NCBI GenBank assembly: GCA_951406725.2
Contig: OX597816.1
Span: 179,056,001 to 179,120,000, forward strand
Source: Octopus vulgaris
Taxonomy: Eukaryota
Reading direction: 5' to 3'
Length of the DNA stretch: 64,000 nt
Both the position numbers and the translations under genes were made by a program. Of the stretch, positions 40,271-52,370 are shown one piece after another. The notes under the pieces were generated by a model. It had not been told where the DNA came from. It saw nothing but the letters and a program-made list of their open reading frames with translations, and did not search any database. The stretch's first letter is position 1. Each line of letters starts with the position of its first letter.

Positions 40271-40370
40271 NNNNNNNNNNNNNNNNNNNNNNNNNNNNNN
40301 NNNNNNNNNNNNNNNNNNNNNNNNNNNNNNNNNNNNNNNNNNNNNNNNNNNNNNNNNNNNNNNNNNNNNN
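40271..40370. other. Assembly gap (100 N)
   Basis: Directly visible. Confidence 1.
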
Positions 40371-41114
40371 TACGTGTTTGTGTATCTGTGTTTGTCCCCC
40401 CTAGCATTGCTTGACAACCGATGCTGGTGTGTTTATGTCCCCTGTTACTTAGCAGTTCGGCAAAAGAGACCGATAGAACAAGTACTGGACTTACAAAAGA
40501 ATAAGTCCCGGGGTCGAGTTGCTCGATTAAAGGCGGTGATCCAGCATGGCCGCAGTCAAATGACTGAAACAAGTAAAATAGTAAATAGTAATATAAGTAA
40601 TTCATATTGCTTGCAATTTTCATATTTTATGTAGAAAATAATATTTTCTGTATTTTTTGCTAAATACATTACCATTGGTTGACAGAAGCAAGACAATGAG
40701 ACAACCACGTGCACGCACGCACGCACACACACACATCTCTATTTCTGTATTTTCTATTGATGGATGAAGAAATAAAACCTCACTTTATGTGTTCTGTTGT
40801 GTGTCTGTAATGTGTACCAACTTAAAATATTTCAATCACTCATGTGTGACAGATAATTTGGTTCAGATTAACTGTTTGTATGCAGAGATCTCACTGTCTA
40901 TATATGTATTTACTGATATATATATATGTGTGTGTGTATATATATATATACATATATGCTAGCATGGAAAACGGATGCTAAACGATGATGATGATGATGA
41001 TATATATATGTATATATGTGTGTGTGGGATATATATATATATATGTATATATATGTATATGTATATATATATGTATATATATATGTATATGTAGATATAT
41101 GTATGTATATGTAG

Positions 41115-41174
<60 letters not shown>

Positions 41175-41659
41175 ATATATATCATCATCATCGTTTAACG
41201 TCCGTTTTCCAGTAACACGTATTACTATTCATTCCCACTTATGAAGCCTAGGGTCTGAGACCAAGTTCCAGTCTGATCTGGAAGAGTTTCTACCTAGCTA
41301 ATGATCAGAAATTGGAACTGCCAACCACTCCGTGAGTGTAGTGGCTGCTTTTTACGTGCCACCCCAATCTATAGTCCGGCAATCCCACGAACGGTTAGGT
41401 ATTTTGAAAGTATCATGGAGACAGATAAAAGCGCTGGCATCAGCCACGTTCATGGAAATATTATATCAAAGGCCGCATAAATACGGCACCACTATACAAC
41501 ATGAATATTTCTGTAAAAATAGCAAATGTTTTATCTGGATGCGAAATAAATATTACAGGGCTATTGGTTTATCAAAATAGGTAATGATGGTCAAAAGTTG
41601 GGACCAACTGGTCTAAATTATCTTAATAATAGCTTATTTAGTAATTACTTAGATGTGTG

Positions 41660-41690
<31 letters not shown>

Positions 41691-41865
41691 ATCTACTATA
41701 TACATGTCCACAACACACAATGGTCCAGCATGGCCAAAACAAATGAAAGAATAAACACTTGTACTGCAAATAAAGCATTGTATTTTACTGAATATATAAG
41801 CAAAGCACTGCACTCTCTAGAAGTAAAAGAAGGCCTATGTATTTATATATATATATATAGTGTAT

Positions 41866-41897
<32 letters not shown>

Positions 41898-41903
41898 AAT
41901 ATT

Positions 41904-41938
<35 letters not shown>

Positions 41939-42769
41939 ATATATAATAAGAATGGATATATATATAAGCATATAGCTATATATATATATATTATATATTT
42001 TCTGTATACTGTCATAGGAAGACTATATCTTATATGTGACACTTGTCCAATTGACGTTACAAGAATCTGTCCATTCCTATGGCTGGTTCTGGACATATTA
42101 ATTAACTGTTTTAAGAACAGATTATGTTTGCTATTATTATATTTTACTGACTTCCTCCACTTACTATATCAACCTCACTCATATTACTGACCCTTTCATT
42201 CACCATTTCCTTCAAGTTAATTAATGTAACACTTTAACACTCTTTCTCTCCCCACCCCCTTGCTGATGTCTTATATATATATAATCTTTATTTTCTCTTC
42301 CAGAGTATACTACAAATATGTGATGTGTGGTTCTACATTAAAGTTGCTTAATCCATATCACATCTCTCACACTCAAAACACAACACACATACATCCACCC
42401 CCACATACACATAATATATATATATATATATATATACATGTGTATATATGTAATCTGGATCATATATTATTTCATTTCATATGTCCACACACACACACAA
42501 AACATGAAAACCAGCAAACTTACACCACACACACACACACACACACACACACAACACACACCCCCCACCCCCCACCCCACAACCGTCCAACCCACACAAA
42601 AGCAGACGCTAAATGATGATGAAACACTCCCCCCAAACACAAAGATTATAGAACATAATATATATGACTTGTATAGATGGTGATGCTCATTTACAACCAT
42701 CATATGACATTCAGACAAGGTGGGACACATTCACACATGTACATGATGGTTTTTTATATATATGTTTCT

Positions 42770-43322
42770 CCATGCTAGCATGGGTTGGACGGTTCGACCG
42801 GGGATCTGGGAAGCCAGAAGGCTGCCCCAGGCTCTGGTCTTATCTGGCAATGTTTCTACAGCTGGATGCCCTTCCTAACGCCAACCACTCCATGAGTGTA
42901 GTGGGTGTTTTTTGACGTGCCACATGCATTGGAGCCAGGCGAGGCTGGCATCGGCCACGGTCGGATTGGTGCATTTTATTTGCACGGAAATGCCAGTTGA
43001 GGCGGCATGTGCCACCTGCACGGAAGCCAGTTGAGGCGGCACTGGCTTCGGCCGCGATTCAGATGGTGCTTTTTACATGCCACCGACACGGAAGCCAGTT
43101 GAGGCGGCACTGGCTTCGGCCACGATTCAGATGGTGCTTTTTACATGCCACCGACACGGAAGCCAGTCGAGGCGGCGCTGGCATCGGCCACGGATTCGGA
43201 TAGTGCTTTTTACGAATCTCCAGTCCAGGGCTCCTGGTATCTGCCAGGTGCCAGTCATAGGATTGGTTCAATTTCGATCCCGATTTCGATTTCAATCGAA
43301 ATTGAATCAATCCTATGACTGG
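42770..43322 (-). mobile_element. RTE-tail retroposon with ~66-bp internal tandem repeats and a terminal inversion
   Basis: catgctagcatgggttggacggttcgac start; repeated gccacc...cacggaagccagttgaggcggcactggcttcggcc; 28-bp inverted repeat at 43251-43278 and 43295-43322. Confidence 0.8.
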
Positions 43323-43332
43323 TACATATATA

Positions 43333-43468
<136 letters not shown>

Positions 43469-43989
43469 AAGAGAGAGGTATGGTGATGCAAACAGGAAAA
43501 ATAGAACATTTTCATTAATATTTAGCAGAAGCAAGAGTGACTCAAGGGCTGTGAGTTTCGTACATTGGCACTTATCAACCTAAATACTAATAAACTATAT
43601 ATAGATACACACACACACATGTATATAAGTATATATTTGTTCATATATATGTGTGTGCATATATGTGTATGTATATATCCGCATGCACACACAGCAAGTA
43701 AAGCCACATCAATTTTTGACTATCAATAATGTAATATTGATAAATACACATAAAAGCAGACAGATAAACAGCCATGCACAGACCCAGTATGTAAGCGATT
43801 GCATATAAATCAATATTATTCATTGTTCATATATAGCTCAATATGTACATTTAAGTACTTTTACACACACACACACACAGGGATGGAGCATAGAGCCCAA
43901 ATGATGCTGACAACAATGATAATGGTCAAAGATGGGGTCAACAGACAATATTTACAGTATAGTGTTGTGAGAAACCAAAGGAGATTTAC

Positions 43990-44305
43990 CGGGTCAGATA
44001 ACATTGTTCGGATGTGAGCTCCCAGAGCTAGAAGAACAAAACTGTTAAAGATAATTCCATTGATAAATGAATACAGCTGTGATGGTCCTGGAATCAGGAT
44101 AACGAACATCACTGCAAATTCTGCATATCCAATTAGAAACCAAGTGAACATGGCACATATTATGCCACAAATGTCTTTGACACACCACAGGTAAACCGCA
44201 TGATAATGAAGTCCGAATTTGTTGCAAGTTTGTGTGCAGTCAACAATTTTGACCCCTTCTTCAACAGGATTCTGATGCATGTTATTCATCTTCAATGGCA
44301 GCTCC
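43990..44305 (-). CDS. ZDHHC3: ZDHHC3/7-like exon 2 (N-terminus, TM1-TM2, ends ...RTMLSDP)
   Basis: Acceptor ttttcctttgcag|GGAGC and donor CCG|gtaaat. Encodes WCVKDICGIICAMFTWFLIGYAEFAV...HIRTMLSDP, typical of ZDHHC3/7. Alternative in-frame ATG at 44289. Confidence 0.95.
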
Positions 44306-44387
44306 CTGCAAAGGAAAATATAAATTTTATATTATATCTATCCAAACTGGTACTGTCTACCATGTTACTTAACAGATGTGACAAAAC

Positions 44388-44790
44388 ATCATCATCATCA
44401 TCATTATTATTATTATCATTTAGCCCAGGATAAATATTAATCCAACAAACCTATGATCAAAAACATTCCAGACATGGCCATCCTCTCTATTCTCCAACCA
44501 TGTATTTGCTATTACATAATACAAATTGACAGGGGTTTCTGCATTGATAAGTATTTCAATTATTCATGTGATATAATTTGGTTAATGAACAGAGCACCAG
44601 AACAGATTATGCTTGTATATTGAGGTCCCATAATAATTATTTACATCATCATCATTATTATTATTAAGCCCTGTGTAAACATTAATCTAATAAACATATG
44701 ATCAAAAGCATTCCAATCATGGCCATCATGTCTATTCCCAGACGATGTATTTGCAATTACATACTACAAATTGACAAGAGTTTCTCCATG
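44388..44790. repeat. Diverged tandem duplication (~155-bp units at ~44388-44545 and ~44644-44790)
   Basis: catcatcatcattattatt...tatgatcaaaa.cattcca...catggccatc...tgtatttgc.attacata.tacaaattgaca is present twice. Confidence 0.8.
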
Positions 44791-44828
44791 ATTTTTTTTT
44801 CTTCTGAAGATGGACTGGTGTCATTTAA

Positions 44829-45052
44829 CCCTTTTGATACCAACCCACTTGAGACCATCCCTCCATTCTAGGACACAAACTTCTTTTAAAGTGATCCAAG
44901 TTAAAACCTTCCATCAAAATTTCTTGATAAGTTATATTCCATTCACACCAGCTTAATAACGACAAAGTTATTTCACTAAATTTCTCATCACTTTATAAAC
45001 TAATTGAAACAAAGGTAATATAAGTTTAACAGAAATTTGGTAACAAAAAGGC
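44829..45052. mobile_element. piggyBac-type MITE (older copy)
   Basis: TTAA|CCCTTTTGATACCAACC at the left end; decayed GTAACAAAAAGG|CTAA at the right end. Resembles 55137-55357 in reverse orientation. Confidence 0.65.
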
Positions 45053-46669
45053 TAACAGAGATTTGGTTGTTATTTTAGCAGGCAAATGCTCCTTTTAGCC
45101 TATTCAAGTCGCATAAGAGAGTTAATTTAAGCAACTATACTCATCTCCATAAATCTGTGGCCTTATACCTATGTTGTAAATAATTATTATGACTTATTAT
45201 TCTGTTTAGATGAAAGACCCTAGAAAGATTAAAGGTAAGGTCACCATGCTTTTCCAGAGACAACAGAATAATTAGATCAATTACTAATCTCTCTTCCAAA
45301 AGCTGTGATCTTGTACCCAATTTAGAAACAAATTATTATTATTAGTCCACTCTGCAAAGTGACTGGCATTGGAAAGGGTCTCCAGCTATAAAAACCACCC
45401 CAAAACAGACACTGAGGCCTGGTGCAGTCTTCTGCTTGCTAAACTGTCCAACCTATGCCAGCATGGAAAACAGATGTTAAATGATTATTATTATTATTAT
45501 TAATAATAATAGGTGGCAGAATTGCTAGTGCACCAGACAAAATGCTTAGTGGTATTTTGCGCGTTACTATGTTCTGAGTTCAAATTCCACTGAGGTCGAC
45601 TTTACCTTTCATCCTTTCGCAGTCAATAAAATAAGAACCAGCTGAATATGTGTCAATGTAATCAACTCATCACCTCCCCCAAAATGGCTGCCCCTGTGGC
45701 AAAATTATTATTATTATTATTATTGAGGTGATGAGCTGTTAGGATCCTTAAGCACTCTGGACAAAAAGCAATATGCTCCTCTTTACATTTTCGAGTTCAA
45801 ATTCTGTTAAAACTGACTCTGCTTTTCATCCTTTCAGGGTTGATAAAATAAATACCAGTTGAGCACTGGGATCGCTGTAATCGACTCGTTCCCGCCTCCC
45901 AAAATTTCAAGCCTCGTGCCTATAGTAGAAAGATAATTATTATTATTAATGGTAGAATTATGACCAACAAAATATTGTATTCTTGAATAATTCATCCATT
46001 TATTTTTCCTCTCCAGATTTTTAAATCTAAAGCAATATGGTGAACATGATACATGAGAACTGAGTGTTAGTAATTCTTCCAGTCCCATGTGCATAGCCAT
46101 ATTTTGGACAGTATAACTGGAATTAAGTTATATACATTGTCCAAGCTAACTGATGTGTAATGAAGAACTTTAATCACCATATAATAATGCTACATTTTTC
46201 TATGATAGTGATGATATATTAAATGTTCATTATATATCTTATGTGTGTCCTTATCAAAACTCTACCAATCAAGGTTGATTCCTAGTTCATTAACACTGCA
46301 AAACGATTCAAAATTAAAATGCAAAAAGAGAAAGGATAAAATGCAAACTTGTTTCAGTTTATATGTTGCTACATTGTGTATGAATGCTTCTTGAAATTTT
46401 CTTTGAGTTTCAATAACCTGCAAAAATGGGGAAATAAAAGTGTTCCAGCTATGGTCATCCAAGCAATATAATTTTAATGTGTTAAACTGTTTCAGTCATT
46501 GAAGTTCGTCAAACAAATCAAACCCAATCCCTAGTTTGAAGTCAAGCATTTATTCTATCAGTTTCTTTTGCTGAATCACTTAGCTACAGGGTCATAAATA
46601 AACCAACACTGATTATCAAGTAGTGGTGAGAGAGAGAGAGAGACAAACACACACACACACACATTCTTT

Positions 46670-47030
46670 TACTTGTTTCAAACATTTGACTATGGCCATG
46701 CTGGAGAACCGCCTTTAGTCAAACAAATCAACCCCCCAGGACTTATTCTTTGTAAGCCTAGTACTTATTTCTATCGGTCTCTTTTGCTAAGTTATGGGGA
46801 CATAACCACACCAGCATCAGTTGTCAGGCGATGGTGGGTGGGGGAGACAAACACACACACACATATATATAACGAGCTTCTTTCAGTTTCTGTCTACCAA
46901 ATTCACTCACAAGGTTTTGGTTGACCCGAGGCTATAGTAGAAGACACTTGCCCAAGGAGCCATGCAATAGGACTGAACCAAGAACTATGTGCTTGAGAAG
47001 CAAACTTCTTACCATACTGTCACTCCTGAC
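46670..47030 (-). mobile_element. tRNA-derived SINE, inverted relative to 38901-39308
   Basis: Reverse complement of the same family (ttctttcagtttc...cactcacaagg.tttgg...gaagacacttgcccaagg). Confidence 0.85.
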
Positions 47031-47095
47031 ATATATATACAATTTACATAAAAATATTTTCTTTAGTTTTATTGAATGATTTTAACATAATATAA

Positions 47096-47129
<34 letters not shown>

Positions 47130-47237
47130 TGGATGGTCACATCTGAAATAGCCCATGTTATTTCCTATTACAATAAATTAATAAAGCAAGTAAAATTTTA
47201 GCAAGTATGTATATGTTCTTATAGTAGCATATAAACA

Positions 47238-47279
<42 letters not shown>

Positions 47280-48278
47280 CAGCAGCTTATAACCAGAAAA
47301 TAAGTACATTTTGTAATTTCACCAGCTCGATTTCCATTTTACATTTAACTTCTGAATTGTTTTGCCCTAACAGGAGACATTGTCAATCGATATCAGACAA
47401 TATACAGGAAAGGTTTTGGTTCGTAATTGTTGATATGAAGTAATAAGGAATTAAAATTTACATTACATTGTCGAATAGCCATTTTAGTTATCAAAAGAGG
47501 AAAAGAAAAAAAAACAAAACTGTTATAATAAATTTCCATTTATTTTGTAAGATGTCAAAATTGTCAGCATACAACTGTGGCCTAATCACAGAAAGAATTT
47601 CACTGTAGCTATATGAAGCATAGTTATTAGAAAGATTTGTGTGTGTTTTTGTTTTTTTTTGGGGTTTTTTTGCCTCGTTGAACTTATTGATATGTATGAG
47701 TCTATCGTGTGGTTGACATTGTAATAATGAAATACTTTTGTTTTCATCTCGACAGAAAATTTATAGAATACATAGATATTATCTATCTAAGATGTGAACC
47801 TAATATATATCTCAAAATAGATACAAAACACTGAATTGGTTAAGAGATTTTCCTTTTTATTTTCTGCAAATTTTAAAATGCTTCAATTCATTAATATTCT
47901 GATAAAAAAATTTTGTTTTATTTAAAAAAATTGCCAGCTTCTGAATAAGAAAGCATTAAAATCTAAAAACCATTTCTTTAAAAAATACAGAATGGAAAGG
48001 TAGAACATTTATTGCTTAAATGCTAAATACTTTGCTCTCCTATAATGTATGCTACACTGTTTTTTTACATTCCAAGCTTAAATCCCGTTGAGGTTAGCGT
48101 TACCATTTATCCTTCTTGGAAGTGGAGGGGGGTCAATGAAATATCAATCAGCAATACAATGGAATTTAACTGACTATGTACTCCTTTTCAATCTACTCCT
48201 TTAACATAACAAAGATTGGATCTTTTCCTTTTGAACGGCAGTTTTCAACACAATTTCTAGTTAACTAAACACTTTTAA

Positions 48279-49311
48279 CCCTTTCGTTACTATATTTCTG
48301 ACCAAAATACACACCATATGTGTGTCAATTAATTTCTAACATAATCATAAATTTAGTCTGGTTTCATTAAACAACTATAACTTTTTTATTTATCAATATA
48401 TTAACGTGAATTTTGGAAGATAATTTAATGAAATGTTCTCAACCAATTCTATACTATAATTTTTGTCACAAAGTGACTCTAATTGCAGGTAGATACAGGT
48501 AAATTCAACAAAATATAAAATTATTAATATTTTGTTCAAACATCGCTATAGAAAATGGGTTATTAGCTAATATTCAATTGGGTATACAACAAAATTTTAC
48601 GATAGAATTTGTTATTCTGGGTAACTTTCTGATACCCATAATAATATTTATGGCAAAACAGTCTTAATTTCATTTAAGGTTATGGGAAACCACTTTCTTT
48701 CGTTTTGTTTACATTTAGCGTAACGGTTCGTTTCCGCCGTAATGATTTCAAATAGGCTCATTCGAAAAAGTAAAAAGAAATAGTCTAAGGCTTTACTCTC
48801 CTGGGAAAGTCTGGGGCTTGGTCCAGTTTCTTCAGAAAAATCACCGAAAGAAACAGTTTTTAAATTTTCACTCCATTCAGGTGCCAATTCATTTTCTTTA
48901 TCGCTGTCGGAGCTCTCGGATTCACTGTTTTCACTTTCGGAAAATGAAACATCAGATTCATTACCAAATACCACATGCTTTTTTTTTTCAGTCATAGAGT
49001 TAGATTTATGAAGGTCTTCAGTAGAAAATCCTTCGAATTCTGACTTGCTGCTTGATATAATGAAATTCGTATCCATTTTTTGTCAGAATTACAAATTTTG
49101 AAAACACAATAGGAACAAATTTCAGAAAAAAATCTCCCAAAATTCACGGAATTAAAATTACACTTCGATTTTTGTACAAAACTGTAATTGAACTCTTTAC
49201 GAAGTATAATACGTGTTTTCACGAATGTACTAAAGAGATTTGCTCTGATATTCTCATTTAAATATGAATAGGTAAATTCGGGCGGTTTTGGGCGGTTTGG
49301 TAATGAAAGGG
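48279..49311 (-). mobile_element. Internally deleted piggyBac transposon (1033 bp)
   Basis: TTAA TSDs at 48275-48278 and 49312-49315; TIRs CCCTTTCGTTAC and GTAATGAAAGGG. Confidence 0.93.
48648..49076 (-). pseudogene. Truncated piggyBac (PGBD4-like) transposase N-terminus, 142 aa
   Basis: Acidic Ser-rich N-terminus followed by GP...ALDYFFLLF...IITAETNRYA...WFPITLNEIK; the catalytic DDD core is absent. Confidence 0.85.
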
Positions 49312-49990
49312 TTAAACTTCGTATACTGGTAGAATGTGTCAAAATAAAACATTTTTTTCTCTTGGCTTTCTTGAGAAAATTGTAATTTGTAAGTTTAACA
49401 TAGTTTAATTTTTTGAATTTAAACCAATCCTATCGCCTCTATTGAGCTGAAATCATTTGCTGCGTCTAAAACTGAGACAAAATCCTGTCACTAACTCTAA
49501 CCCTAAATTTTAGCCTTTCGTTTTTTTTTTCTTAATTGTTACGCATGTGTCTAAAATTATTCGTTTTGTTTTTGTTTTGAGTTTTTGCTTTCGTTTTAGC
49601 CTTTTGTTTTGTTTTTTTCTTAATTGTTAAATTAAAATTATTTTCCATTGCTTTCGTTTTAGCCTTTCATTTTTTTTTCTTAATTGTTATCCTTAAATTA
49701 ATTTAACAATTAAGAAAAAAAAAAAAATGAAAGGCTAAAATTTAGGGTTAGGGTTAGTGACAGGATGTTGTCTGTTTTAGACACAGCAAATGATTTCAGC
49801 TCAATAGAGGCAATAGGATTGGTTAAAATTTGAAAAATTAAACTACGTTAAACTTACAAATTATAATTTTCTCTAGAAAGCCAAGAGAAAAAATGTTTTA
49901 TTTTGACACATTCTACCAGTATACGAAGTTTAAAAGTGCTTAGTTAACTAGAAATTGTGTTGAAAACTGCCGTTCAAAAGGAAAAGATCC

Positions 49991-50075
49991 CAAAGATCAT
50001 TAATAAAAATACAGTTAAACTATCATACTCTTCCACCCCCAACTTTGTGCACATACTTTCCTCTCCTAGCATATG
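49991..50075 (+). mobile_element. Short Penelope-like remnant
   Basis: KIINKNTVKLSYSSTPN resembles the PLE RT-endonuclease linker motif (IFNxNTVKLSYSCxPN). Confidence 0.5.
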
Positions 50076-50590
50076 CACACTAAAGAAATCCTCAACAATT
50101 TTAAATAATCAGAGCTGCAAATACAATATTACAATGCCAATCACTTTATAACATGTAGAGATCTTTTTTCATGATACCAGTACTACTGAGATCACCATGT
50201 AGCTGGAAAGACCATGAAACTCCAAGTGGGGTGATTTCACACCGGGAGATGAGAGGCTAAAATAAGAGAGGAATGAAAGCAGAACAAGTTTTGCTATACA
50301 TACACAGACACACACATGTATCCTTAATGTAATTTTCTAGTTGCATCAGTGCTGAGCTAAGTTACAAGGTTGGACTTTTGAAGTACATGAGACACACACA
50401 CAGATCCAGAAGAATCAATCACAATATCGAACTGGTACTTTATTAACCCTTAAATGGATGAAAATAAAGGGCCAAAATGTTTATTGCATAGATTCAATAT
50501 AACGCTCTAATGCCTCAGCCAAACTGCTGCCTTTACACAAAATTATAGTTATACCAAAGGAATGTTCTGTAAACTGAATTAACAATTTAC

Positions 50591-50631
50591 CTTCTTTTCG
50601 ATGTTGGGTTTTCTCCAAGCTCAGACATCAT
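50591..50631 (-). CDS. ZDHHC3: ZDHHC3/7-like palmitoyltransferase, putative first coding exon (MMSELGENPTSKR-R); whole exon 50591-50664
   Basis: Minus strand reads tgtctttcag|GATGCT...ATGATGTCTGAG...AAAAGAAG|gtaaat. Its phase-2 end joins in frame with the next exon (AG|G GAG CTG CCA TTG AAG ATG = R E L P L K M). This N-terminal peptide has no homology support. Confidence 0.6.
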
Positions 50632-50919
50632 CCTGTTTTGGAATATTTCAAGTTAAATAGCATCCTGAAAGACAAAGCATTATACTATTAATATAGAACA
50701 CTTTAAAAACATATGCACATTCAAATGGAAATTCAAAACTAAAAATTATGGCATAAGCTATGCAAGAATGACTTATTGATAAAATATTACAGAGATAAGT
50801 TACAAAAGAGAGATGTTTTACAAAGAAGTTGAACGAATGAGAAGAAAATATTAATGTACATATAGTATACAATTACATGATAGACAGTTCTCCCAGAGGG
50901 GAGAACTGTCACCTATGGC

Positions 50920-52370
50920 CTATCAAAAATTCCACAAATCCAAGATTATTCTAACTACTATGGGCAGGTTCTCTCTCCCAGCTAAGTTCTTTACAGGCAA
51001 CTACTGAGAGAAGGGCAATACTAGCATACTTAACCACATTCCTCACAAATTTACTACAGGGTAGCACTTCTCTTTCCACCATCTCCAAGAGAAACTTACA
51101 AGAAGTCATTGATATTTTGTTTGAAGTAAAAAGTGACTGTAAAGTGTCTTTACATTTACACCTACCAAAGAACCCCTTATTCTTTTGCCACCAGACAAAG
51201 GAAAATTGCTTTCCTTTCCTAGCCAAAGTTTCATGATGGATTCAGAGGTTAGCCGGATCCATCCTACACATGACAGCAGCTGTTCAAAATAACCCCATAA
51301 GTCAGCAATGCTCAGATATTGAATAAGTATATGCAGAATGGTCTTGCCATCCTGTGCACATCAAGAACAGACCCTGCTCACAGCATTTCTGTGCCTGCAG
51401 AATTTATCAGACTGGAAATACTCTTTGGTAACAATGCCAAACCAGAGATTTTGTTTTTTATAAGTTATTCATAATACCCTCGTGGGAGGTCTCTCAGGAT
51501 ACCCCAACCAGTTGATTCTCATCATTATCCAGAATTTCCCTTAGAACATCACTATTCTTGCTCACCACTAACTATGCTCCAGGCTACATTGTTTGACCGG
51601 TAGAAAGCCAGCCTTTCTCTTCGTTAAACTACACCAAAGAGATGAATTGTAGGAAAACATGCCTCACAAATGACCATTAAGCTTGCTCACCATCCAGGAA
51701 GCTCTGTAGCTGCCTCAGCTTCAGCATATGTCTGTGCATCATCAACCACAACATACTGAGCTCTCCACAAAGAGGTTGTTGATAGCAGATGAAACCCTTT
51801 CCACAAGAATCAAATAAGCAGTCAGTCAATAAGCCCTGAGACAAAGCACATTAATCAGGTGGTAATATGTAATGGAAGTGATGTCTGCGTCTTCCCCCTG
51901 TTCAACCTTTCAGATACAGCTTTCTCTTAGCTCCACTAATTGTAACTTCATCACAGTTCTTATCCACCTGGAGATCTGGACTGAATGAACCCCCCACTAA
52001 CTCAATGAGTCTATCTGTCCAGTACCCAACTAGACTAACTGGCAGCAAGGATGTGTTCCTTTAGAAGTCATGCTGCACACCCACCAACCTGTCGGGGTTG
52101 ATTTTAGCTCTGTATTACCACATTGTATTACCACTTCCCATTGATGCTGACCATCTTGACCTTTATTGTTTTCAAAGCCATGCAGCATTACAATGGTGTC
52201 CACATGTGCTGATATGGCTCCCCCCACTATGCTCTTGCTCAAATGAGATGGCTCCAAACACCTCTAGTGTACTCAGTAGTGGTTTCAGAGTCAGTATATA
52301 CACAATAGCTGAAAGAGGACAGACTGTGATATGTAACAGTTCTGATTTGTTCAGACTGTCAAACCACTGG
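50920..52370 (-). mobile_element. Highly degenerate LINE-like remnant (CR1/L2-like?)
   Basis: Higher-GC, non-microsatellite block with weak RT-like fragments (QYVVVD ~51750; LE..W-like ~52260). Confidence 0.3.

Larger units (their letters stand above)
48218..49990. mobile_element. Fold-back MITE with ~290-bp TIRs (GGATCTTTTCC...GGAAAAGATCC), interrupted by a piggyBac
   Basis: Left arm 48218-48278 plus 49316-~49540 is the reverse complement of ~49705-49990. Flanks caaagatt/caaagatc form an 8-bp TSD (7/8). GG termini with an 8-bp TSD suggest Merlin-like (inference). Confidence 0.9.

Noticed and set aside
39960-40634. 224-aa ORF, the longest in the track
   Set aside because: It spans the N gap and joins two unrelated repeat sequences.
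46349-46417. Possible 69-nt exon after a strong acceptor (ccccatttttgcag|GTT)
   Set aside because: The donor is weak (AA|gtttgc) and there is an in-frame TAG in the phase required by the upstream exon.
49742-49757. Telomere-like TTAGGGTTAGGGTTAG
   Set aside because: Only ~2.5 units, and part of the MITE inverted arm (mirrored at ~49491-49506).
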